Shown here: positions 18,601 to 27,091 of the stretch, piece after piece
How the letters are laid out: every line of letters begins with the position of its first letter
Position numbering within the stretch: the first letter of the stretch is position 1
Origin: a virus
Virus record (IMG/VR): IMGVR_UViG_3300031418_000028
Length of the DNA: 44,531 bases
Strand: one strand, 5' to 3'
Notes under the pieces: generated by a model
Database searches by the model: none
Told to the model about the DNA's origin: nothing
Seen by the model: only the letters and a program-made list of their open reading frames with translations
Made by a program: the position numbers and the translations under genes

Positions 18601-19491
18601 TCAGCTGAGTACGGCTCTCGCCTTAGAGACGTGCTGGAGGCCCGTAACGTGCTTTCTGGCAAGTACCGCAGTGTACTCACGCATTTGGACGACAACCGTG
18701 ATATTGGAAGCATGGGCTTTGCACACCGGTACGTTCAGCATCTGGGACAAAGCACACGCTTTGTGAACGGCATGGAATTCATTCGTCGTGGACAGTCTAA
18801 GATGGTGGCCGGTTTGATTGCTGACTCTGTAGATGACGCTATCGCTGGTAATGCCAAGGCGGTTGAATCTCTACGTCGGTTCGGTCTGCACGACGACCTG
18901 TTGAACCGTTTACGGACGGCTACACAGAGTAACCCTGACATGCGTACGTGGCCTGATAGTGTACGCGTAGAGGTCGAGTCAGTAGCTCACAACATGGCTG
19001 ACGCATTGGTGCTGGAGAATCGTCTGGGTGAGATTCCCGGCTGGATGCAGTTCAGTTCAGTGGGTAAGGTTGTACTGCCGTACATGACATTCGTAGCGGG
19101 TACGTGGAACAAGATTCTACGCCGTACAGCGAAGTTAGACGGGGCGACCGGTGTGGCTATGGCTATGGCATACCAGATGCCACTGACAACCTTAGCAGCA
19201 GCTACAAGCATGGGACTGGGCAACCAGAAGATGACCCCCGAAGCATTGGTGGCTAAGACCATCACGCAGATTCCTATGATGAGTTGGCTGGGTACTGCGG
19301 TTGATATGACCGTTAATGGACCTACCAACAGCATCGCTGCACTGTCCATCGTGGATAAGATGCACTCCGCAATGTCAGGTATCTCACGTGGTGAAGTTAA
19401 TCCAGAGAGCGTAATTAAGGCTGTACCATTCCTGAGCATTCTGCCGGGTATGCGCCTAATGGGTGCGAGTATGGCAGATGATGATGAATAA
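15697..19491 (+). CDS. Internal virion protein C / ejection protein (1264 aa)
   Basis: Largest ORF in the window. Position and size correspond to T7 gp16. Confidence 0.75.
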   Translation: MIHLRPDSTAYANVKEAAPAVGGFVTPDNTALEGANPSALVQAMQTPKASITDSFKATLQESLAAKALRGMDYLSIPSEDGFNVSQALGESVSQYTADELEFLADARSNSELQQRRGQVQSTRDNYSAMGQNMLTTVAASMLDVDMVIGGGVGALSKLTRATRLAIGLSANAGVLSLASQGGTVTPLDVVGTSVGVALSAIPGVRRAAQAAERVNPEAAVAAEKAAVNTAAEATPTVQAASDVAAQVIPERPVVRTVPDEDYPKIKLDTYSNKPHVEVGVSRKAGDAPELVTTVQNAVRAVVGLADDLPPEVRALGRALSSSLDAESDMPLVIRKATADARRPASKAERSFARAEVDGSASVQILGNTPANSLSEHIQGLSTYNKTVILHEASHAKTMQSIRAVEAGRVTSGPVYDAVKRIGEIRAHVLDNLPTQTGKAARDTAYAVRNDHEFLSQLFNSEKFRADLKGIKMQGGNVFSEMVRHVVSLFTGKAPTGSAFDETVAAFENLLSLPSVGREVFTRQAREMPDLASPVLHAPDVQQMNSKVMGALNRNFSLYERLASYGPKASVLADQLVVDATGTSANSAAHYARAAHLASNTSIVQVDSALAQAMSADWPLMQRMRHPKAYRDAQRDLSAKVYQQLADNHERHLSGRAIQPNNDPRVNAITDAFQKSGWAEHELAALREAGVPGAADIPSSPWYLPRRHSGDKLNNFMRENPDVTADDIRAMYTDQFRTMFASRGIEEATAKKLGAKMYQNLQDKASHVGGYRQSIVGMDLDEVQDILRALGAEDSTITSFIDDLSNAGEAANKVRNLRHRVEFDTTREYQTKSGKLISPSMFINNDVMGLMEGYSRNMAGRVGLAKAGYPDLRQLTKAIDNAAAESPNAREAVRDMDNTVNQLLGYPTGEDVPDILRSASILGGALNLANSGVYQLADLGLQLQQFGFAKTLKALTSTQFGRDALEVARSAEYGSRLRDVLEARNVLSGKYRSVLTHLDDNRDIGSMGFAHRYVQHLGQSTRFVNGMEFIRRGQSKMVAGLIADSVDDAIAGNAKAVESLRRFGLHDDLLNRLRTATQSNPDMRTWPDSVRVEVESVAHNMADALVLENRLGEIPGWMQFSSVGKVVLPYMTFVAGTWNKILRRTAKLDGATGVAMAMAYQMPLTTLAAATSMGLGNQKMTPEALVAKTITQIPMMSWLGTAVDMTVNGPTNSIAALSIVDKMHSAMSGISRGEVNPESVIKAVPFLSILPGMRLMGASMADDDE

Positions 19492-19500
19492 GGAGAGAGC

Positions 19501-21024
19501 ATGTATTCAGTACAGATTCAAGTATCCGATGGCACGTTGTCAGTAATCAACGTGTCTATTGAGTACTTTGCTCGGGAAGACATTACACTGTACAAGAACT
19601 TGGGGACCACTCCCCTCGTTCTTGGGACAGATTGGGAATGGGATACCGACACACGCATTAACCTATTGACTAGTGTTCCTGTGCCCGAAGATGAGTACAT
19701 CACTGTGCGCAGGAACACTAACAAAGACCGGGCATATAACATCTACGATGGTAATGCCCCGTTCAGCCGAGAAACGTTGGACGAGAACTTTAAGCAGATG
19801 ATTTATCTTGCTCAGGAGTTCACCGAGGGCAACGGACTTACAGGCCTGTTCTTCCCGCTGGACATGAACGGGTTCCAGATTCATAACTTGGGTAAAGGCA
19901 CCGCAGCAGCGGATGCTGTGAACAAAGGGCAGTTAGACGTGGTGGACAACCGTGTATCCAGCTTGGAGAATGCGGTGGACACTACCAGTACCAGTTATCC
20001 GTGGTACACGATTGTTACTGGTACAGCACAGGATACGTTCACCCCACCCGTACCATTCGTGAAGGCATCCGTATATCTTGATGGCATCTGTCAGGTGCCA
20101 GATTACAGCTTCGTTGTGGTCGATGACAAAATTATGCTGGCAGAGGCTGTCCCAGTTGGTACGGTAGTATTTGCCCGGCTCGGTGAAGAGTTTGAGAATG
20201 CTTCCGATGTAGCAACTGCTGAGGCACTAATGCAGGTGCGTGCTGAGTTGCTAGCTAGGATTGAGTTGCTTGAAGAAGAGTACGATAATCTTGGTCCCAG
20301 AGTTACTACTGCTGAGTCGGATATTGATGCACTACAAACTGGGCAGACAACCCTACAGAGTAGGGCTAGTGCACTGGAGCTACGGGCGACTAACCTTGAG
20401 ACCCGTATGACCATAGAGGAGAATGCAGTGCAATCGGTAGCCCTTGGTGGTACCGGAGGCACTACTGCTGCACAGGCGCGCACCAACTTAGGAGCGGCAC
20501 CCGTAGCATCTCCGACATTCACCGGTATTCCTGCAGCGCCAACAGCAAGTGCAGGAACCAACACCACACAACTGGCTACTACCGCATTTGTAACATCTGC
20601 CATCACGGCTGCCGACACCGGTGTTGTTAATGGCTCCAATGCCGCCGCCGGTAGGGTTGGTGAGTACGTTGAGGCGCTGGGTACAGCAGGCATCACACTA
20701 GCAAATGGCACAGTCACTAACATGGTGAGCCTTACGTTGGGGGCAGGTGACTGGGAAATTGATGGCATGATTGCAACTGATACCACTAACGCTGCTTATG
20801 CTTCTGTCGTCAGTGGTATCAGTACAACCGCCACAACAATCCCAACATTCCCGAACCGTTGGCAATTGGCAGTTGGATTAACCGCTATCGCCCAGCACTT
20901 TCCGGTGCCAAAACGCAGGGTCAGTATAACTGCAAGCACCACTTATTACCTAACACTGTCAGTGGGCTTCACTTCCGGCTCCTGTACAGGACAGGGTTTC
21001 ATTAGAGCACGTCGCATTCGTTAA
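19501..21024 (+). CDS. Tail fiber protein (507 aa), mosaic
   Basis: The N-terminal roughly 110 aa follow the T7 gp17 adaptor pattern. A coiled-coil middle follows. The motif SPTFTGIPAAPTASAGTNTTQLATTAFV is as in P2 H and lambda Stf-type fibers. Confidence 0.85.
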   Translation: MYSVQIQVSDGTLSVINVSIEYFAREDITLYKNLGTTPLVLGTDWEWDTDTRINLLTSVPVPEDEYITVRRNTNKDRAYNIYDGNAPFSRETLDENFKQMIYLAQEFTEGNGLTGLFFPLDMNGFQIHNLGKGTAAADAVNKGQLDVVDNRVSSLENAVDTTSTSYPWYTIVTGTAQDTFTPPVPFVKASVYLDGICQVPDYSFVVVDDKIMLAEAVPVGTVVFARLGEEFENASDVATAEALMQVRAELLARIELLEEEYDNLGPRVTTAESDIDALQTGQTTLQSRASALELRATNLETRMTIEENAVQSVALGGTGGTTAAQARTNLGAAPVASPTFTGIPAAPTASAGTNTTQLATTAFVTSAITAADTGVVNGSNAAAGRVGEYVEALGTAGITLANGTVTNMVSLTLGAGDWEIDGMIATDTTNAAYASVVSGISTTATTIPTFPNRWQLAVGLTAIAQHFPVPKRRVSITASTTYYLTLSVGFTSGSCTGQGFIRARRIR

Positions 21025-21033
21025 GGAGGTACT

Positions 21034-21321
21034 ATGGCAGCATCACAGGGTGCTTTAGGTGAACTTCACCAGATGTTAGCAGAGGTGCTGCTAGATGACT
21101 TGAAACAATCCAAGGCGGAGGGTATTCCATTGCCCGCCGCTAACTTGGGTGTCATCAGACAGTTCCTTAAGGATAATGAGATTACAGCTACCGTGGACGC
21201 AGATGATATGCGCAGACTGCGCGAGGAATTCCAGACGGACCTAGCTGGTAAGCGTGCAGAGCGCAGGGCGAACTTAACGCAGGCATTGGATGATGACGCG
21301 TACTCAGTGATTCTACAGTAA
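21034..21321 (+). CDS. Terminase small subunit (95 aa)
   Basis: Position directly before the large terminase gene, and size comparable to T7 gp18. Confidence 0.65.
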   Translation: MAASQGALGELHQMLAEVLLDDLKQSKAEGIPLPAANLGVIRQFLKDNEITATVDADDMRRLREEFQTDLAGKRAERRANLTQALDDDAYSVILQ

Positions 21322-21330
21322 GGAGATACA

Positions 21331-23148
21331 ATGCAGGAGCGTAAGCTGCGAAGATTAACCATGATTGCAAACAGCATTCGTGAGTGGGCAGACCGCCCTG
21401 CTAGTATGCCCGCTGATTTACGGGAAGAGTACGGGTACATGATGCAGGCCGTGTTCAGTGAGTTTGAAGACTTCGCTGACCTCGGTATGCGCTTCCTCGG
21501 ATTTGACCTCACTGATATGCAGCGGGACATTGCCCGGTACATGCAGTACGGTCCGCGGCTGAGCATGGTGGCAGCCCAGCGTGGTGAGGCAAAGAGTACC
21601 CTAGCAGCACTGTTTGCTGTGTGGTCACTCATTCAAGACTGGGACCATCATATACTGATTGTGTCCGGAGGTGAGGCTCAGGCATCTGAGGTCGCATCGT
21701 TGGTCATCCGTATCATTGAGCAGTGGAGTATCCTGTGCTACTTACGGCCTGATAAGAGCCGCGGTGACCGTACATCGTATGAGCACTATGATATCCACGT
21801 AGACCTCAAGCCTATCAACAAATCACCTAGTGTGGCTTGTGTAGGTATTACAGCATCATTGCAGGGTAAACGTGCTAAGCTGCTTATCCCGGACGATATT
21901 GAGACTACGAATAACGGACTTACTGCATCCAGCCGTGAGACGCTGCTGTTACGCTCGAAGGAGTTCGCGGCAATCAACACGCACGGCAAGATTCTGTACC
22001 TCGGTACACCCCAGACTAAGGACAGTATTTACCGCACACTGGTGGGCCGTGGTTACGAGATGCGTATCTGGCCCGGACGTGTACCTACCCCAGAGGAAGA
22101 GCAGCGCTACGGTGCTACACTGGCCCCGTATATTCTGGATATGATTCAGGCGGGTGTTGCTCGGACTGGCTTCGGTATAGATGGTAAGCGTGGCCCAGTG
22201 ACAGACCCGCAGCGCTACTCTGAGAAAGATTCGGATGAGAAGGAACTGGACTTTGGACCGGAAGGCTATCAACTACAGTACATGCTGGATACCAGCCTGT
22301 CTGATGCCCAGCGTACCCGCATTAAGCTCTCAGACGCTATTGTAGCGGCATTAGGGACCGATGCTGCACCAGACACCTTGTATTATGCAGCGGCCCCACA
22401 GAATCGCGTACAGAGCGTTCCTGACGTTATTAGTCAGGAGATTCTGTATAATGTAGCAGGCACCGGTAGTATGATGCTTCCGTACCAGCACAAGGTTATG
22501 ATTGTGGACCCGGCAGGTAATGGTGGGGATGAGGTAGCATTCGCATGTGGCGGAGCACTGAACTCGTACATACACCTGTTCGGGGTGGGTGGATTACAGG
22601 GTGGGCTGATTGAAGAGAACTGTAATCAGCTTATTGACTACTGTGAAGAGTTCGGCATCACCGATATCGTTATGGAATCGAACATGGGTCACGGTACAGC
22701 AAGTATGGTCTTGCTGAACGTACTGGCTAAAAGGAAGTTACCCGGCATAGGTGTGCGTGATATCTATGCTAAAGGACAGAAGGAGCGGCGTATCATTGAT
22801 ACACTGAGCCCAGTGTTCCGACGTCATAAGTTCGTAATCCACGAGCGAGCTATTGAGATGGATGCGGAATACTACAACCGCTACAGTCGAGATAAGCGCG
22901 CACTGTACTCACTGTTCTTCCAGTTGGCTGGCATCACCTACGACCGCGGTTCCCTTGCTAAAGATGACCGCGCTGATGCTGTTGCACATCTGGTTAATGA
23001 ACTCAAAGGCTTCATCAGTGTTGATGAAGATAAGGAGGCACAGAAAGAACAGGATAAACTCGTCAAGGCGTTCCTCGCCAACCCTATGGGGTACACCAAC
23101 CAGAATACCCGTAGGCCCATCCGGGGCACACGGCACAGACTACACTAA
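21331..23148 (+). CDS. Terminase large subunit (605 aa)
   Basis: ATPase-like AAQRGEAKST and LLIPDDIE (Walker B-like). Size and position correspond to T7 gp19. Confidence 0.85.
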   Translation: MQERKLRRLTMIANSIREWADRPASMPADLREEYGYMMQAVFSEFEDFADLGMRFLGFDLTDMQRDIARYMQYGPRLSMVAAQRGEAKSTLAALFAVWSLIQDWDHHILIVSGGEAQASEVASLVIRIIEQWSILCYLRPDKSRGDRTSYEHYDIHVDLKPINKSPSVACVGITASLQGKRAKLLIPDDIETTNNGLTASSRETLLLRSKEFAAINTHGKILYLGTPQTKDSIYRTLVGRGYEMRIWPGRVPTPEEEQRYGATLAPYILDMIQAGVARTGFGIDGKRGPVTDPQRYSEKDSDEKELDFGPEGYQLQYMLDTSLSDAQRTRIKLSDAIVAALGTDAAPDTLYYAAAPQNRVQSVPDVISQEILYNVAGTGSMMLPYQHKVMIVDPAGNGGDEVAFACGGALNSYIHLFGVGGLQGGLIEENCNQLIDYCEEFGITDIVMESNMGHGTASMVLLNVLAKRKLPGIGVRDIYAKGQKERRIIDTLSPVFRRHKFVIHERAIEMDAEYYNRYSRDKRALYSLFFQLAGITYDRGSLAKDDRADAVAHLVNELKGFISVDEDKEAQKEQDKLVKAFLANPMGYTNQNTRRPIRGTRHRLH

Positions 23149-23157
23149 GGAGATACA

Positions 23158-23346
23158 ATGGCTATTGCAACAGGTACCACTGCCGCTCAGGCTAAGAACG
23201 TAGACATGCGCAATGCATGTGTTAAGGTTAGCATCGGCTTGCAGAAGCTCGTGCAGAACTCCAGCAACCTCACAGCTGCTGAGATTACTGCAATCCAGAC
23301 TGATATCACGGCGCTGAAGGCAGCCTTCACTGCGGCTGGTGCATAA
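23158..23346 (+). CDS. Hypothetical Ala-rich protein (62 aa)
   Basis: TAAGGAG junction with the ATG at consensus spacing. Confidence 0.55.
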   Translation: MAIATGTTAAQAKNVDMRNACVKVSIGLQKLVQNSSNLTAAEITAIQTDITALKAAFTAAGA

Positions 23347-23356
23347 GGAGAAGTAA

Positions 23357-23773
23357 ATGAGTTTAATCTCAGTAACAGCGGCACAGCGGTTAACCCTGCG
23401 TGACCGTGCAGTACAGCTGGCTACCGTGTCTCAGGACTACGCTGAAAGCTTCCGTACGCCTACCACGGCTGAAGCAGCAGTAGTACAGGCTGCTATTGAT
23501 GCTATGACCGCTGCTATTGCGGTAATCAACGGTACAGCGGGTTCTGCTTCTGTGGCTAATGGCGCTACCGTAGCGGTGCGTAACTCAGCCGGTGCAGACT
23601 CCCACAATGCTACTGCTGTCGTGGCTAGCAATGCCCTTACAGGAGTTAATTTGGCGGCTACTGTAGCCCTCGTAGACAACGGCGACAAGGTTGCCGCTAC
23701 CGGTACTGGTGCATTCGCAACCGCCGTAGTAGCTAATGGCGTACTCACTGGCGTTACACTATCCGCCTCTTAA
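23357..23773 (+). CDS. Hypothetical Ala/Val/Thr-rich protein (138 aa) with an internal duplicated motif
   Basis: TAAGGAG junction. ATAVVASNALTGVNL and ATAVVANGVLTGVTL repeat within the protein. Confidence 0.55.
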   Translation: MSLISVTAAQRLTLRDRAVQLATVSQDYAESFRTPTTAEAAVVQAAIDAMTAAIAVINGTAGSASVANGATVAVRNSAGADSHNATAVVASNALTGVNLAATVALVDNGDKVAATGTGAFATAVVANGVLTGVTLSAS

Positions 23774-23782
23774 GGAGATAAT

Positions 23783-24205
23783 ATGAAACGGATGTTACTG
23801 GCAGGTTTTGTAGCCCTGTCTCTGTCGGGCTGTGCGGGTACAGGTGTACTCGGAGCGGTAACATCCGCTATCTCACCTAGCAAACCTGAGCTAACTGCTC
23901 AGGTTGGTGCGGAGAATACCAAACAAGGTATCGGCATCAACGCTAAGACAGAGGACAAGAATGAAACTACAGTTAAAGACAGCTCGGTTGGCACGGTTGA
24001 TTCGAGCAAAGGTAAAGCGACGCGTGCGCAGAACCTACAGACAGGCAGTATTACTGCTGATACAATTACAGTTAAAAATAACGACTCTTGGGATTTAATC
24101 TGGGCATTCCTCGCCGGGTTGCTGCCACTACTACTAGTAGTTGCTGCTCTCGTATGGTGGTCTCTCAAGAACCGGAGAGCATCAAAGGAGGATAACAATG
24201 CCTGA
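23783..24205 (+). CDS. Unimolecular spanin (u-spanin): lipoprotein with a C-terminal transmembrane anchor
   Basis: N-terminal lipobox LSLSGC after a signal sequence. The single C-terminal TMD is WDLIWAFLAGLLPLLLVVAALVWW. This is the same architecture as T1 gp11. Confidence 0.75.
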   Translation: MKRMLLAGFVALSLSGCAGTGVLGAVTSAISPSKPELTAQVGAENTKQGIGINAKTEDKNETTVKDSSVGTVDSSKGKATRAQNLQTGSITADTITVKNNDSWDLIWAFLAGLLPLLLVVAALVWWSLKNRRASKEDNNA

Positions 24206-24419
24206 GAAAACTACACAAGCAGCTTATGGTATGGCCGCCGTCCTGTTATGGTTGGGGCAACTTGATTGGGCTACCATCAGTATGGTCGGAGGTCTGTTAC
24301 TTGGTATCTTGACCTTCTTTGTTAACTGGTACTATCGTAGGAAAGCCATCAAGATTTACGAGGCTGCTGCGAACAAGGCCGCAGAGAAAGGATACATAAT
24401 GAATGAACCTAAACAATAA
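24198..24419 (+). CDS. Holin (73 aa, two TMDs; likely pinholin partner of the SAR endolysin)
   Basis: SD aaaggagg before the ATG at 24198. Two hydrophobic helices (AAYGMAAVLLWLG and MVGGLLLGILTFFVNWYY) and a charged C-terminus. Confidence 0.7.
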   Translation: MPEKTTQAAYGMAAVLLWLGQLDWATISMVGGLLLGILTFFVNWYYRRKAIKIYEAAANKAAEKGYIMNEPKQ

Positions 24420-25020
24420 CCTACTCACGCGTGGCAAGATTGCCAGCCGCATCATGGGTGCATTGTTCGGTGTCCTCGCGGGTGTCGTCGTAGTGAATGA
24501 GGGCTACAAGGACACCGCGTACAAGGATAGTGCAGGCGTATGGACCATCTGCTACGGTGAGACAAAGGGCGTCAAGAAGGGCGATACAGCCACTCCTAGC
24601 GAGTGCTCTGCCCAGCTAGCCAAATCCCTAGATGCGCACTCAAAAGCTCTGTACGGGCTTCCTGAGAGCACCAGTGACGTCGCTCTGGTAGGCAGCATGG
24701 ATATGGCGTACAACGTCGGTGTGACTGCGTTCGCGAACTCTCGTGTGAAGCGTGAGCTGGCCGCCGGGAACTACAAGGCTGCGGGTGAGGCTGTACTCGA
24801 CTGGCGTTACATCAGCAAAGCACAAAAGAACAACCCCGGTACCGGTTGGGTTTGGAATGCTAGTAAAGGAAAGTGGACGTTTGATTGTTCACAGTATATT
24901 AATGGGAAGCGTAATACGGTATGCTGGGGTCTGTGGCAACGCAGACAGTGGCAGAGTGCCGCCATCGGGAATCAGTACCCGTCGGCATCTGTAGCGTTAT
25001 CCGAACTTAAAAGATTCTAA
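24403..25020 (+). CDS. SAR endolysin (T4-lysozyme-like, GH24)
   Basis: Catalytic triad spacing E-x8-D-x5-T in NEGYKDTAYKDSAGVWT. An N-terminal Gly/Ala-rich weakly hydrophobic helix IASRIMGALFGVLAGVVVV is typical of signal-arrest-release domains. Confidence 0.85.
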   Translation: MNLNNNLLTRGKIASRIMGALFGVLAGVVVVNEGYKDTAYKDSAGVWTICYGETKGVKKGDTATPSECSAQLAKSLDAHSKALYGLPESTSDVALVGSMDMAYNVGVTAFANSRVKRELAAGNYKAAGEAVLDWRYISKAQKNNPGTGWVWNASKGKWTFDCSQYINGKRNTVCWGLWQRRQWQSAAIGNQYPSASVALSELKRF

Positions 25021-25029
25021 GGGGAATAA

Positions 25030-26502
25030 ATGATTAGTCTAGTGAAGGTGCATGCAGCGTTTGTGCGCTTTAAGTCCGCACTGTCAGGTGCGGTGGAAAG
25101 GACGTTAGCCAGCATTCTGGGTGAGCGTCCCTCCCTCAAAGACTTTGGCGCAGTAGGCGATGGTGTAGCGGACGACACTGCGGCTTTACAGGCGGCAGTG
25201 AATGCTTGTCTGGGCAAGGACGTTACGCTGTACGTTCCCGCTGGCAAGTACAAGATTACGAGCAAGGTTAATATCCCACTGGGTTCGGTGACGCACCTGT
25301 GCATCGCCGGGGCTGGTACACATCAGAGTACGTTCCAAGTGTATGGCGCGCAGGAACTATTCAACATCACTGGTGACTTCGGGAACTACTGGCTAAACAC
25401 CGTTACTCCGAATGGTAGCTTCGAGATGAATGATGTGACCATTTCCTGCTTCGGTGGTAAAGATAACGTAGGGACAGCCCTTCGCTTCGATATGGGTAGT
25501 CAGCTAGGTCGCCCTAACCACGGCCTGCGGTTCCGTAACGTAACCATCAAGACAGAGGTTGGGTACTTCGCGTACGGTATCCTGTTCAGTAACTGTGCCC
25601 AGATTAACTTGGATAGCTGTCGATTCTTCTCTGGTAATGGTGTGCAGTCTGGTATCGGTATCCTCGGTCAGTGTAGTGAGGGTCAGGATGGCGGCGGTAT
25701 GTTCGTGAACAACTGTGAGTTCTTCTTCTACGAGCACGGTATCTACGTGAAAGACCGCTTCGAAGGGACGTACATCACAAGCTCCGCGTTCATTAACTGC
25801 AAGTACGGTACAACTGCGGTCGAAGCTGGTTCTGAGTCTGGTATGCTTATCACGAACTCTGAGTACGACTGCATGAGCGAAGGCATCCACTTCGAGGGCA
25901 TGTTTGACTTCGTTATCACCGGTAACTGCTTCTTGGGTATCGACTCCGACTCACAGATTGCCATCTTCATTAAGAACGGCGCTGGGTTCACGATTACCGG
26001 GAATAAGATTCAGGGTGTGCTGCCTACGAATGGTAGTGGTATTGTACTGGAAGATACGAACGATTCGCTTGGTCGCGCATCATACGTCGGTGGTAACGCC
26101 ATCGGTACAGTGAACATCGGCATGAGTATCAAAGATTGTAAGAACATCACGTTCGGTCCTTGGGCGTGGAAAGACTGCACCTCGGATACACAGGCGTTCG
26201 GTACGAACACGTTCATCCAGCAGAGCTGCTACGAGAAGACAACTTCACTTGTCCAGACACTCAGTGCAAGCACAAGCGCATGGACTATCTCTATCGATAT
26301 CTCTGATATGCGTCTGAGCCGTATTCCGAAGTTCGCTACTCTGGTAAGTAACAGTGCGAACAACATGAATGCTAGGTATGATTACTCAAGCAGCTCTGTG
26401 AACACGGTTGTGTTCGTGGTGACGCTGGGTACTGGTGCAGCACTTACTCCGAACCCGTACCGGTTCAGCCTGAGTGTGCGTCAGCCATTCTTTGATATCT
26501 AA
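25030..26502 (+). CDS. Tailspike / putative polysaccharide depolymerase with a pectate-lyase-3-type beta-helix (490 aa)
   Basis: LKDFGAVGDGVADDTAALQAAVNA is the hallmark N-cap of pectate_lyase_3 and tailspike beta-helices. Repetitive N/G/I/T-rich beta-helix rungs follow. It is the last late gene, as in KP34-like phages. Confidence 0.8.
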   Translation: MISLVKVHAAFVRFKSALSGAVERTLASILGERPSLKDFGAVGDGVADDTAALQAAVNACLGKDVTLYVPAGKYKITSKVNIPLGSVTHLCIAGAGTHQSTFQVYGAQELFNITGDFGNYWLNTVTPNGSFEMNDVTISCFGGKDNVGTALRFDMGSQLGRPNHGLRFRNVTIKTEVGYFAYGILFSNCAQINLDSCRFFSGNGVQSGIGILGQCSEGQDGGGMFVNNCEFFFYEHGIYVKDRFEGTYITSSAFINCKYGTTAVEAGSESGMLITNSEYDCMSEGIHFEGMFDFVITGNCFLGIDSDSQIAIFIKNGAGFTITGNKIQGVLPTNGSGIVLEDTNDSLGRASYVGGNAIGTVNIGMSIKDCKNITFGPWAWKDCTSDTQAFGTNTFIQQSCYEKTTSLVQTLSASTSAWTISIDISDMRLSRIPKFATLVSNSANNMNARYDYSSSSVNTVVFVVTLGTGAALTPNPYRFSLSVRQPFFDI

Positions 26503-26648
26503 GGGTAGGCTCTGAGGGGTGGGAGGTGCACGTTCTATGGGCTAGTGAATTTTACTTCACCCACCCGAGTGCCTCCCTCCACTCAACAACGCCCCCTTTC
26601 CCCCGTGGCCCTCTGCGCTGCACTGTGTGGCTGGGGAGGGGTTGGGCC

Positions 26649-26663
26649 TCCTCTCTCTCTATA
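26649..26663 (+). repeat. 15-nt direct repeat TCCTCTCTCTCTATA, copy 1 (copy 2 at 27092-27106)
   Basis: Exact match read by eye. A 12-nt version TCCTCTCTCTCT also lies at 26716-26727. Confidence 0.9.
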
Positions 26664-27091
26664 GCGTGCGCGTGCGGTGTAGCTCGCGTGCGTGCTGCGC
26701 GTTCATCTCCTCGGCTCCTCTCTCTCTCACTGTGTGTGTGTCCACTCCTCGCCCTCGCACCTGTCGGTGCTCGTGCTCGTCGTGTCGTGCTCGCCTGCTC
26801 TCTCTCTCTCGTGTGTGCTTCGCTGCGTTCGGTGGTGTGTGCTGGGTGTGCTCTCGTGTGCACTTGCTTTCTTCGCGTACTGGTACTGGCTTGCTTTGTT
26901 TGCCTCCTACGTGTGGCTTGCTTCTCTCACTGTATCATCCGGTCTCTCTCTCTACGCTCTGACTCTCTCCTCCTGTCGGTTCATCCTCTTAGGTTCCTTC
27001 ACCGGTCGTCGTTCGTCGCTCTCTGCGTTCGTGCTCAGCACTCGCTCTGTCGTCACTTGCTCTGGCTCTCATTCTTCTAGCCTTCGTTCGT

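Noticed and set aside
23904-24098. 64-aa ORF embedded in another frame of the spanin gene (possible Rz1-like o-spanin)
   Set aside because: It has no signal sequence or lipobox Cys and is extremely Arg/Lys-rich. The host gene already has u-spanin architecture, so no partner is needed.
26503-26590. Imperfect long-range dyad (gggtgggaggtgcac ... gtgcctccctccac) after the tailspike gene as a late terminator
   Set aside because: The pairing needs bulges and mismatches, encloses a roughly 38-nt loop and has no following U-run. This is too weak to call.
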